A stretch of DNA of 61,944 bases, the filler included, from Circinaria calcarea (taxonomy: Eukaryota), in the NCBI GenBank assembly GCA_051942165.1. It is 3 parts of 3 records of this genome, joined end to end, with 100 filler letters (N's around TTAATTAATTAA, not from the genome) between each part and the next. Parts side by side here need not be neighbours in the genome. Positions count along the whole stretch, not along the records: positions 1 to 20,589 come from JAVECS010000170.1; positions 20,690 to 41,268 come from JAVECS010000171.1; 1 more part is not named here. One strand, given 5' to 3'. Of the stretch, positions 12,632-24,026 are shown in pieces. Made by a program: the position numbers and the translations under genes. Each line of letters begins with the position of its first letter. Within the stretch, counting starts at the first letter, position 1. The notes under the pieces are model-generated. The model did no database searches and had not been told where the DNA came from. It saw only the letters and a program-made list of their open reading frames with translations.

Positions 12632-13450
12632 ATGGGTCGTTCACTTAGCCAGGTCAGTGCCTGTTTAGATAAAATCCATATACGTGTCTGGATGTTTTAA
12701 CCCCCCTCGTCTTGACGTTCGAAAATGATCGAAATGCATATACCTACACCATTCCTTTGTTCATTCAGTTCTCCCTCGCATCTATCTGGCCTACCGCCGT
12801 TATGGTTTTCAAACTGTTACGCTGACTTACACTTAACCAACCCACAGTCCGAAAAAGAAACCCTCGTCCAATCCTTACGCACCCACCGCGTAAACACCCT
12901 GATCGAGCTTCGCCGCATTGAGCGCATACTTGCCAAGCATGCTTCTCCTGATATTACCGAGCCTATGACAAGCGCCTGGGCGTACTATGTCAACTCCAAC
13001 AACCTGCTTAGCGAACTACGTGGTATAACGAAAAGTTATCCCTTTAGCTCGGAGTGTTTAGATGAGGCGAAGTGGATGGTCATTGCGGATCCTGAAAGTA
13101 TGAGAAGTTGGAATTTCTGCTGGCTCGTGCTGGTAAAAATTAGAGACGAGTATGTGAATCCACCACTGCCCCGGTCATTGCCCTCCTTACCACACGCCTT
13201 CTCCAAGTCTCAATACATATCATTCCCAACATATAGCATGGTCAGCCTACTAAACACTATGCCCTATTGCAGATCTCTTATTGCTACTCACGCCCGCGCT
13301 CAGGCCGTCAAACCCGTCATGTGGGGTGGGCGTACCCCCAGTGCGACAAACGTGCAGCAACTAACAGCTGCGTGCGTGAACGAATGGACTAGGGCGCTTG
13401 GTCAAATGCTAAGGCATTGGGAAGAGCCGCCCACAACAACGGGCAATTGA
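12632..13450 (+). CDS. Small hypothetical protein (~166 aa); exons 12632-12652, 12848-13149, 13273-13450
   Basis: Canonical GT-AG introns give MGRSLSQSEKETLVQSLRTHRVNTLIELRRIE...SWNFCWLVLVKI...MWGGRTP...EWTRALGQMLRHW, a globular-looking Trp-rich sequence. Confidence 0.8.
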
Positions 13451-14029
13451 AACCCATGGCACGTGCGCAGATACGGAATGTACGATCTTAGGATTCGAAA
13501 CCGGGCGAAGGTTCTGTTTGAGTAAGCTCGAGTGTACGATCAGTGCTTCATGTGTAGGACGGAGCTATTGGGACGGCCAGAGATGGATCGCTGGCTGGGC
13601 CCATGTCTCTGGGCATACCGTTTCAGTATTTCCCTATCACTTTCGTTACTGGATAACGTTGGGCTATAAGAACATAGATCGCTGGCCTACCCTTTTCCAT
13701 TCCGGCTCTCTTTATTCTGGGCGTGTATTGTGTTACTACGAAAATTAGATAGACCACCCCAGTGATAGAATTTATTCTGCGAATCCGAAGGGCAAAACTC
13801 AGTGATCCATCGACCAAGTATCGAGGTGACGTCTAGCGGATGGCTGCTACGAAGATAAGACGAAAAGGATCAAGGGGGGAGTTTGATTTACAACGCTCAA
13901 GTAGTACAAGTGTTTATTTGTCACATTTCCGTGTCACAATCGTTTGATTCTTGGATCACATATCCCATACCCAAGATACACGGTTTTCAGTTCTGCACGA
14001 CACATGCCAGAACCCATTGTCGATAATCA

Positions 14030-15424
14030 GCCGTCCCTTTCGCCTAGCAAGAGGAGGCGTGCTGCAGCGTCTTTGAACCAGCAATTGAGATTCGTCTCCA
14101 ATTCCAGGTCCTTGTACTGTGAGACAGCCTTTTCTTTTTGCATTGGCCCTTTTCACCGGCATACGTTTGACCAGACGCTCGATAACACACTCACTTTTTC
14201 AGCCTGCATCTCCCTCATGAGCACCAAACAAAAAGCTGCCACAGGTCTTTCCCTGGACCCCGAGTAATCCACAGCTGGTGCGAGCTGTAGTTAAGACTGT
14301 CCGGAACTTGGTGTCACAGTGCCCCGAACGTTTGGTTCTCGTTCGCAGTTGCAGGAATCCAGCCAAGCCAGAAGCTCGGGCGATGGACATGGGTATCAAC
14401 AGCCAAAATATGGAGCTTGCATCCGGAAAAGGACGTTGGATGCCCATATTAATGCCGTGCCAAACTGGCTGCCGTGCTAAATTGCTGCCCTTTCGACAGA
14501 GAACCGAGCTGGCTTTCAATCTATCATTCAGCTGTCGAAAGATACGCCTGAATTGTTGAACCCTAGCGTCCTTCGCAGCGGCGGCTTCCGCAGATAAATT
14601 GAGCGGTCAAGAAATGACGGAAGCCCCAGTTAGAGGCGGTGAGCAAAGGGCGTATAAATAACACTGCAAATGAAAGCAGAATGTTCGGCAAGGCGTTAGT
14701 TTTAGATTGTCCTTCGGTCTCTTTGACACTATTGAAAATATCTTTCTAGCTATGTTGAAGGTCCTTACGGCCCTTAAAATGGCAAAGTATATCGGAAACA
14801 CTCGCATGATTTGCAGAAATGCAGTGAGACGTTACGAGGCGGCATTTCAAATCTTCCAGTATCTGGGATTAAGAGAGGGAAGGACGTCTGACAAACGATA
14901 TCATACTTGCCGTGCGCCCCTGTCAATTTTTCTCTCCACCGCCTGACATTCTTGCCGCGTTGGATGGTCCCAGGTAGGATATGGCGTCGGTCCCAAGGTA
15001 ACATGACAGCTCGGCGGGGAGATTCTCTAGCGTAGGCTCCTAGACACGACCCGGATCAGCTTTGATGTATGACAGCTAAGCCCCTGGTAGATATCGAAGA
15101 GGAGACGTGCCGGTTTATGGGATGCGTGCTGTGTCGCTGCAGGTCGCCATGATGTTATAGACGGATAACAGGCAGGACTAACAGGGTCTTTCGGGGTGCC
15201 TGCGTTGTTAGGTCAAGTAAATACTTAAATTTGCGTCTTTGGGACAGTCAAACTCAAGTACCGGACCTTTCCCCGCGTCGCTTGTGATCTTTATATCATT
15301 CGCAGCAGCGGTCGTTCTTCTCTTACCTAATGCATGCGGTTAGCTCGTCAGGGTCCGTTTAAAGCCTGATGGTATCCGTCCTTTTCCGTTTTGAAGCCCC
15401 TTGCGGTGTAGAACGAGTAGTCAT
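14030..15424 (-). pseudogene. HhH-GPD (endonuclease III-like) DNA glycosylase pseudogene; 3' end approximate
   Basis: Ordered fragments across frames: MTTRSTPQGASKRKR...DPDEL/PHALG, TPYPTWDHPTRQECQAVERK/LTGAHGKY, LAVDTHVHRPSFWLGWIPATANENQTFGAL*HQVPDSLNYSSHQL, GKTCG, CVIERLVKR; several stops and frameshifts. Confidence 0.8.
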
Positions 15425-16254
15425 ATCTGCACGAGATGGAATTAGAAAGACCAGCCTCAGCAATGTGTTATAAGTTGATGCCGACAAGGTGTTCTCGTCC
15501 AGGACCGGCTGAATCAAGTACACCGCAGTGTGACAGGAATTTGCAAAGAGAGGAAAGAATACGCACAATATCCGAGGTTGTTACCGAATAATACGGAGCT
15601 GATCATGCAAATGCAAGAAAGTGCTCCATTCCGCCAAGGGTTTCAATGTACGTAAACATCAATCATGTTACATCCAGACCCAAAGATAGGCATTATCGTT
15701 ATTAGTGCTGAATACATGAGCAATAAGACAACCAGATCCGGTACAGCTCAACGAAGACGGAAGAAGAGAAACAATCAAAGGAAGACAAGAGCAGAGAGAA
15801 GAGTTAGAGAATATAGAGAAAAGAAGAAGATGGTTGCAAGGAAGAGGTGTCATGTATATCGCCTCAGCTGATCAAGCAGAAGCTAAAGGGATACCCATGT
15901 ACACACATGAAATTCGAAGAGGACATTTGATACCAGCCCGATGACAGCGAGTGAAGGAAGCATGAAACAGACTGAATGCTTCCCTGTGTTGAGAAAACGC
16001 GGGGAATGAATGGGATGGCGAGTTTAGTTTTGGTGATTTAGCAAAGAGGCGAATAACTCCCAGTTCCTGATTTCCTGACTGCTGCTGCGGACAATAATTT
16101 CAGGAGCCTCCTTACATGTACACACCCCTCGGGGCTTCGCTACAGTAGGTGCTCGATAAGGATGCAAAAGTCTCATTTAGCTTCTATCCTATCGATTTTT
16201 CTATGGCACTATGCGGCCAACGAGCTTGCTACCCGGGATATTAATCAAATTCCC

Positions 16255-18179
16255 TCAGTCATGTATACCGTGAGAATAGTCGCCAAAATTGCGCAGACTG
16301 ATGTCCATCCGTTCCTTCGACGGCGTACTGTCCCTGTCGCCCTCTCGCAGTCTCTTTCCGTCTGAAATCCACGCTGAATGCTTCCCGTTGACCGCGGCAA
16401 CATCTCCCGCATCGATTTCAGAAATAGGCACTAGTTAGCCTTTCCCATCAACCTCGACTCTGTTGGTAACTATACGAATCTCGTCTTCGCCCGCTTGACC
16501 ATTGGCCACCGCCTCCCTGGCGCTTTCCAAAAGTTTCATCTTTCTCGTCTTGGCCCGAACCCTCTCCAGGTGTTTAAGAAACACGGGCTCAACAGGGGTA
16601 ACATGGGTACCACAAAAGACGCCGACCTCGATCTCTTAATTCTTCCGAGGTGACAGCTCAGCACAGGCTACTTTGAGGTCGTTCAGGGATTGAAAGATGA
16701 CCTTGACTGCTCCGATGTGCTTTGCTATAGAGTCTTCGCCACGGTGATGGGCTATAAGCTCTGAGGGCGACGCCAAATCAATGCCACATATATGCGCGTA
16801 TCTATATATACTTTAGCGTGGACGAGCAAAAGAATTGCGTAGACTCTGGTGATACGAGGAGCGCAACTGGCGAAATATATCTTGCGCGGACCAGTCTCTC
16901 GGGCCATGTTGATAATCTCGCGATCAGTAGTGTGGTGAACGATACTCTCATCGACGAGAAGTACACTCCTTCAAGTTTGATTTTCATGGGATTCAGCCTT
17001 CGCCGAACTGACTTCTCACGAGCTTTCTGAGCCAGCATGATAAATTCGGAATATGTATCAGTTTTTGACGAATCCTTGACAGTAAGGTTTCTTCAGGCGT
17101 TCAGCAACGCATGAAGCTGATGTATTGCAGTTTGTGGGATTGGGATGACGACATCGATACCTGCCACGTCTGAAGCACTCAGACGTTGGACGATGGTATA
17201 TGCCAGCTTGGAACCTGTCCTTTGTCTGCTTTCCTGCACACTAATTCCGTCAATTGGCTCTATCCGGTCGAGCAGAGTATACAAATTCGAAGATGTCAGG
17301 TGCATAGCCTTTCTCTCCTTGAACCTGGCAGGAAAACGGGCGCCATGCCTCTTCGTACGATGACTGCTTGACCAGGTAGAACATCTACCACATTGGCAAA
17401 CCCACGTTGATCGAGCGCCAGCGATTCAGAAGCCATTATCCAATCTGTTCCAGGACCGTTGTCTGATAGCCTGGAGCCCATGACCAGAGGTAGAATGCCA
17501 TAGGAATCACGAAATCCAATCAGACCTAAGCCTATAGAACATTGAGCATCCCATGTTTTCGAGTATTTGTAGATCAACATACCTGCGGGCATCGCCGTGC
17601 ATGCCCATGCACCAACACAACGATTGTACATGCGGTCAACTGCAGCAAAATGTCTCTATCATTGACATGGATGGGCCTTGCATGTTTCATTCAATTCGTT
17701 GGCGAAGATGTTCAGCATCAGTTCACTATCACTCTCAATGTTGATATGTCGATGTCCTTCGTAATCCAAGAAATGCTTTGGCTCTGGAGCATTGATGAGG
17801 TTACCGTTATGTCCGAAAGCATAAGACTATTTACGTAGAACGGTTGTGCTTCCGCATTCACCAACTACCCGGCGGTGGGGTATCGGGGGTGCCCAACGCC
17901 CATGTACCCTGGCAGGTCCGCAACACGCCCACCGTCTTCATGGAAGACCTTTGCTGCCATTCCATTGCCTTTGAATTGGTGAATTTTACCACCTGGTGCA
18001 CAGGTCGCAATCCCGTATCTGATCCCGTTAACCATGATACGACCTGTGATCTTTTGTGGGATGAGGACTACTCATGGGTCTTGCCCCCGATGCTGCAGCA
18101 GATAAAGTGCTTCAGGGAGTTCGCTGGCCGCCGAAGTCTCGGATGCATTTGCATGGATCAAGGCCAATATCCCGCACAT
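16255..18179 (-). pseudogene. ADE4: Amidophosphoribosyltransferase pseudogene, full length but broken
   Basis: MCGILAL...[32 protein letters not shown] (TAG at 17865-17867), [53 protein letters not shown]-terminal MDISLRNFGDY; multiple frameshifts. Confidence 0.92.
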
Positions 18180-20589
18180 GATTGGAAAACGAAGACCGAC
18201 GACGTTACAAGGACCTGGCGAAGGAAATATTAGCAAGTTCCTCTAATCTAGTATACGATTCGGCTGCCCAGCGAACAGGACTGTTCAGATCCAAAGTGCA
18301 TCCGCATTCAATTATCTCGGAAGTCTAACATCTAAAAGTAAAAAGAGATCATCTTGACGTGCAGGATGTGAGGTGAGTGAAAGCACATACATTAATCATC
18401 GAACGGAAGACGGATCAGATGGCAACGACGGTGTACTCGAGGCCAGTCAAGTAGATAGACAGAGCTCGGTCGACGTCAGTTTATTTTCCCACAATATCCG
18501 ATGAATCGTCCGGTCAATGCAACGCCGGTCAGCCTAAGCCGCTATGGCGGTCGCTCTGAAGGCCATTCTTGGAGGCATTTGGAAGAACAATCTTTTTCCC
18601 CACAAATTAACAATGGAAAAAAGTTTTGCGCCGGGACCGATGTCAGATGGCTTGGCGCTGCGCTAGGATAAGCATAGGATACAGACATCACTCAACTGTA
18701 TCTACCGTCTCTCCCCGGAATTGCTGACGAGTAGACACAGTCGGCGTCTTCATGTCTCTGGTCAGAAGGCGACGTGGTTTGTATCTGTTTCCAGATTTCT
18801 TTCCACCTCGCTATGGTAGTAATGTGACCCATCGGATGTCACCAAGAAAGCAAGGCAAACACGGACATCTCGTACCGCATAAAATGGCCAGTGTCCTCCG
18901 CAACGGAACCTTTGCCAGGCTGGCATCTCTTGGTCTAGAGATGACTGCTCGCCTATATAAGAATGGCCTTTAGCAGTCATCCGTCGTCGGTCATCGTCCC
19001 CATCCCTGACCTTGAATGTGGCGGGAAGTCCGCCAAGCTGTGGTCTTCCATTTCTTGACAGTCTATTCTTCTTTACTTCTTCGGATATCTGCACCATGTG
19101 TTATACTTGGCATATATTTAGCGGTTAGAATGATAGTGACTTGGCAATTGTCCCGTTCATGTTCAGATCATTGCAACAGCGTCTGGTGCGAAACTGTCTT
19201 AGTACACTATGAGGAGGGATCGCTGACGAATGCAGTCTCTTGGGAGAGCCGGGAAGTCATTGCAATAGACCCAAGCGTGGAAGGGTGTTGCAGACAACTG
19301 CGATGACACTATTAGTATACCGATGGGGGATCGTGAATCTTCTGATGCTAACTGTCTGAGCTTACAACCACCCAAATGCGGAGACGCTGGAGCTGTTGGC
19401 TTTGCGGTAGTCTCAGATACCCGATGAGCTGAGTTTCTATCCATCATTTTTTACCCAGGACAGGAGCTATAGACTGTCGGTCAATGTCTTCGCTACCCGG
19501 CTAGGGTTTGACCGACCCATAGCACACAAAGGGCTTTCAGCCTCATTCAAAATTCCATAAACTCGCCATCATAGTTCAAGCTCTCACTTTCCCTCTCACT
19601 CGTTCTCATCAGCACAGTGTCAGCTGACCCACGGCTTCTCTCACAAAGCCTCACTCATCCTTCATTACTTCACATGCACAGATTACTTCAAATCCTACCA
19701 GGCACGACGCCGCTGATCCTGCCTTATGTTGCATCTACGGCATCTTTCTAGCTCTAGCTAGAATCTGCCACCATACTCTTTTGTATCCCCTTCAAGTGCA
19801 GTTAACTACATCCGCGATAGATAAGGCTACCCGACAACTACAAACTTTAATTTAGTTGGAACATACGACAGCAACCAGAGACCGGACTGCAGCGACTACA
19901 GTTATGCAACCTTATCGGCCTGATGGGAATAAGGCCATCTTGATAGTAGACGACGACGAGCCGATCAGACCAAAAGAATCAGGTATGAAACTTCCCTAAT
20001 ACCAAGGGCAGTCCCTACTTCACATTGAATGTCTTTTTATACACAATCTTCTGAACTTTCGACCCTTATCTTTTTGCTTCACTTCTCCATTCTCATCTGC
20101 GCGGCGGAGTCTAGGATTTACAGGCCGCACCTCAGCTACTCCCAGGTCTTATCAGTCTCCATTCTAATGTTTCACGGCTTCCCTAAATTTAATGTTGTTA
20201 ACCTTTAGTGAACAGAGCTCCAGTTCCCTCATCCGCGATGGTCTCACAATACCTCAAAAAGCATCATGCCAACGAATGTGCCCTGTCTTGTTCCGACAGT
20301 GAAAGTTGTTAAAGGCTCTAAGCCCTCAGCAGCGGATCTCCAACCAAAGCGCGTAAACCCGCCACGCAAATTTATAGCTTCTAAGTGGTCTTTCCCGTCA
20401 AGCTCGACCACATCAGCATCAGCATCAGCATCATCATCATCACATTTACCGCTCGTTTCTCCGCCTTTAAACCGATGTCAGACCACCTTCTCCGATTATG
20501 CTTACAAGCTTGCCTAGTGCAGCGTATAAGCGTACCTTTCAGAAGGTGTCCGAGATTTCGTCCGATATCCCCAAGGGACAGAGCATGAC

Positions 20590-20689
20590 NNNNNNNNNNN
20601 NNNNNNNNNNNNNNNNNNNNNNNNNNNNNNNNNTTAATTAATTAANNNNNNNNNNNNNNNNNNNNNNNNNNNNNNNNNNNNNNNNNNNN
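20590..20689. other. Artificial contig-joining linker
   Basis: 44 N + TTAATTAATTAA (stops in all six frames) + 44 N. Confidence 0.97.
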
Positions 20690-20690
20690 G

Positions 20691-21005
20691 GAGGAGTGCT
20701 TGGTGTTTGAGGATTCGGTGCCCGGGGTGGAGGCGGGAAGGCGAGCGGGCATGAGGGTGGTGTGGTGTCCGCATCCGGGGTTGCGGGAGGAGTACAGGGG
20801 CAAGGAGAAGGAAGTCTTGGCTGGGCTGACGGGGCAGCATATCGACGGAGAAGTGGAGGATACGTTGGAAGATGCCGGTGCAGCGGGGAGGGTAAAGGGG
20901 AAACCGGGGAAGATCGATGACGGCTGGGGCCAGTTCCTGCAAACGCTGGAAGGCTTTCCCTACCAAAAGTACGGCATAGAAATCAGCCGGCAGAGTTTAG
21001 TTTGA
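20691..21005 (+). CDS. HAD-superfamily hydrolase (HDHD1/pseudouridine-5'-phosphatase-like), 3' part only
   Basis: [31 protein letters not shown] is HAD motif IV; truncated by the contig start. Confidence 0.88.
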   Translation, partial: EECLVFEDSVPGVEAGRRAGMRVVWCPHPGLREEYRGKEKEVLAGLTGQHIDGEVEDTLEDAGAAGRVKGKPGKIDDGWGQFLQTLEGFPYQKYGIEISRQSLV

Positions 21006-21597
21006 AAATCAACCATGGCACAAAAACGGCACAGCCCGACTTTTGTTGCAAAATAAATTCTATTCGTGAGTTGTTCTGTCTGTTTCTAGTGGCTGGCAAG
21101 CTATAAGCGAGCAAGCCAAGTCGTACTAGTTGTACAAGAAGAACAGCAGCAAGTTTCGTGTTGCGGGCCTTTGAACATAGCAAAAAGTCTTTTGTGCACG
21201 CACGCACGCACGCAGGGAAGACAGGACAACATGCCAAACACATTCGCCCAGAAAGCAGCACAGTCTAAGTCTCTCTGCGCTATTGGGATGCAAATGCAAA
21301 GGTTTCGTGAGCGGACGGCGCCTCATGTACAACGCGGTTATGCATTCTCATCCCGTATTTCCTCCATGCATGCTTCCGTTGTACAAGGGTCACTGATCGC
21401 TGGTGCAAATGCAAAATGTTGGTCAAAGTAAAAAAAGGCAAACAGGGTTTATGCAAGTAGTATCCAGCAAGAAGAAATCGTGTCGTCGTCAAAATCGTCA
21501 GTTCTATCCTCGTACCTTTTTTGGAGGGGGCCGTTGGGTTTTTGTGGGTTTTGTTGGGTTTTGTGAATCTGGTTGTGCAAGAAGAAAGACTGGGAGA

Positions 21598-21632
21598 TGC
21601 TGCAAGGTGCTGCAAGGTGCTGCAAGGTGCTG
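21598..21632. repeat. (TGCTGCAAGG) x3.5 tandem repeat
   Basis: Read directly. Confidence 0.85.
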
Positions 21633-21645
21633 GGGGAGCAGACCC

Positions 21646-24026
21646 TCAGCGTCTCCTGTTCTGGTGCCTACGAGAGCTTGGAAGCGTAGGCTCAGGGGTG
21701 ATTTCGGGATCCTCGTCCTCCTCGTCAGGACCAGATAGTTGGCCGGTGGCCGGGTACTGTCCATGCTGAACCTGACGATAGGGCGAGGGGCCTAATTCAG
21801 GGTCCACAGGGCCCAATGAACGTGAAGGCAGGTTCAACGTCGAGCTTCGGCGACGGCTCTCTGGATCGGGCCGACTGCCAACCGTATACGTCCCGGTGAT
21901 TGGGTCTTGAACGACCTCATAGATGGAAGTGTTGGAACGCTTCTTCGGCCGAGATCTAGTGCTTGACCTAAAGGCAGCATCGCCAGCGTCCATTGACTTG
22001 CGCTTCTTTGAAGGCTTCTTCGACTTTGACGAAGACTGGGGCTGACGGGCGTTTGTTTGTTCAGAAGATCTGAAAGTCTGATAATCCCCGTTGTCATCGG
22101 CTGCGTCGAGAAAAGGATCCTCCTCGCCATCGTCATCGAACGTGTCGAGTTCATCATCCTCGCCATTGTCGCTGCCTCGCAGCAATTTCTGTGTAGCCTT
22201 TTTCTTTTTCAGCATAGCAATTCGGCCAGCAGTGATTGCGACCTTTTTACCGTCGTTCACCTTTCGGTTGTTGGCAATCCGCTACATAGGAGTCGTCAGT
22301 AATGGGTACTCCACAGCTGATTTGAGATAGTATCACTATACTTACATGAGCAGAACCGATGGGGTCGTCCACAAGCTGATAGATGTATGGAGGTGCAAAC
22401 AAATGTTTGCAGATTGTCTTTTGTAAGCGCATACTTTCACAGATATCGTAAATATGATCTTGAAAACACTTGTAATTCTTTCCTTGCTTCCCACCCATCA
22501 CGAGGGGTTCACTCTGTCTATGGGACTTGATGCATGCTTTCTAGGTTCAAGTTAGTACTCTCGTTCTCCCTTAAAATTGAGCACCAACAGCATACCAGAA
22601 TGTCCCAACAGGTGAGCTCAACCTCCCTCTCACGGGTCATGAGTCGGGACCACATCGCTACCATACCAGGATTGTCTAGAGGTGCTTCCATGTCGAGCAT
22701 CGCATCATAAAGCTGTTCGACATACATACATTGCATTTCGTTGGTCGTTGGCATTGTGTGGTCGTTAAATGGCCACGCAGTTCCTTGAGTAGCGCGCGCG
22801 GAATCGGCCGCAGTCATGGACGGAAAGTACAGTTGATTTGGAGGTCCGGAGCCCATGACCTGCTCTATAGGATAGGCATGTTCATCATAAGTAGATGGCG
22901 GCTGCCGTTCTAGCTGAGCCTGCAGTAAATCATTATGGGACACTGAGTGTCCTGTATGATTGGGCGTGTATTGTTGCACCTGGCCAGCACCATCATTCGG
23001 TGCCCAACCACCCGTGTTATCATCATACCCAGTTTGACTGGAGACTGGCTGACGAGCATAGCCGTGTAGCTGATTCGAATTTGATCCATGTGGATGATGA
23101 GTTGAGCTTTGGAAATATGGCTGTTGAATAGATGACGAAGGATCCCGAATATTATTATGACCCCTGGCGATAGTCCCTTGAGATGGATCGTACGAACTCA
23201 GTGATTGTGGAACTGAGTTTGGAGTATGAAAAACCTCCCTGGTGTCTTGCATTTGACCATGTCGGGTCCTCGGGGTACCATAAGCTGGGTGCTGCAAGCT
23301 CTGTGCGCGGATTCGATTTCCACGAGTGTCCGAAGGTGATAATGCGATCGGGTTCTCTCTAACTCCGCTATGAGACAACCCTGAATGTTGAGACTCGACA
23401 AACGAACGCGAATGGTGAGCCCTATTCAAAATCTGACCGCGGGATTCTGTTGTTCGTAAGGTTCTCTGCTTCTGTGTGTCAGTGGGAGACTGAGACTCTA
23501 AGTTAGTAGGGAGGTCGTCATCATTCTCGCCGGATGCTTGCACATGTTGTAACGCCGGCAGTGCAGTAATAGTTCCTGTGTTATTTGTGACCGCCGCAAC
23601 AGGTGCCAGGGGAATAGGGGCTGCAGAAATTTCTCCAGGTGCACCGGTCGTATAGTGGGCAGGAGGTACAGGCTCGCTAAGTGCTCGACTCATCTCTTCA
23701 AAATCTGCATGCATCGAGAAGTTTGTATTCCCTAGCTCATGATACATATCAGATTCTAGGTCCTGGCCATCTTGGCTCTGGCGATTGTAATCTTCGGCTT
23801 CTGTCAGTGACCCTTGCATAAGGTCATCAAACCGCTCCATTTGGTCCGCTTGGAGTGCAGTGTCGCCGTCGCTCTGTAGATCGGTTGGCAAATCTCGGAT
23901 AATCACTGTGTTAAAGTTAGTTTCATAGACACAATCCGCCTTAGTGACAGATTTGGATGAGAGCAGATTCCAACCTAGGTCCCAGTCAGATGAGCTGTAA
24001 TCTTCGGACTTTAGACGATTCGCCAT
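21646..24026 (-). CDS. Hypothetical protein (~753 aa), mostly disordered with a central helical domain; exons 24026-22596, 22540-22346, 22281-21646
   Basis: Two canonical introns (22595-22541, 22345-22282) join three ORFs in frame; folded-looking core YVEQLYDAMLDM...VELTCWDIL...ICESMRLQKTICKHLF...DDP...RIANNRKVN; basic NLS-like patches. Confidence 0.8.

Noticed and set aside
15665..15871. Basic K/R-rich 68-aa ORF
   Set aside because: Explained by a GA-rich low-complexity tract; no family recognised.
19904..19982. ILIVDDDEPIR resembles the start of a response-regulator receiver domain
   Set aside because: Plausible downstream exons do not continue a receiver fold; likely coincidence or an unrelated truncated gene.
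20634..20645. TTAATTAATTAA palindrome, also at 41313-41324
   Set aside because: Synthetic assembly spacer inside N runs, not biological.
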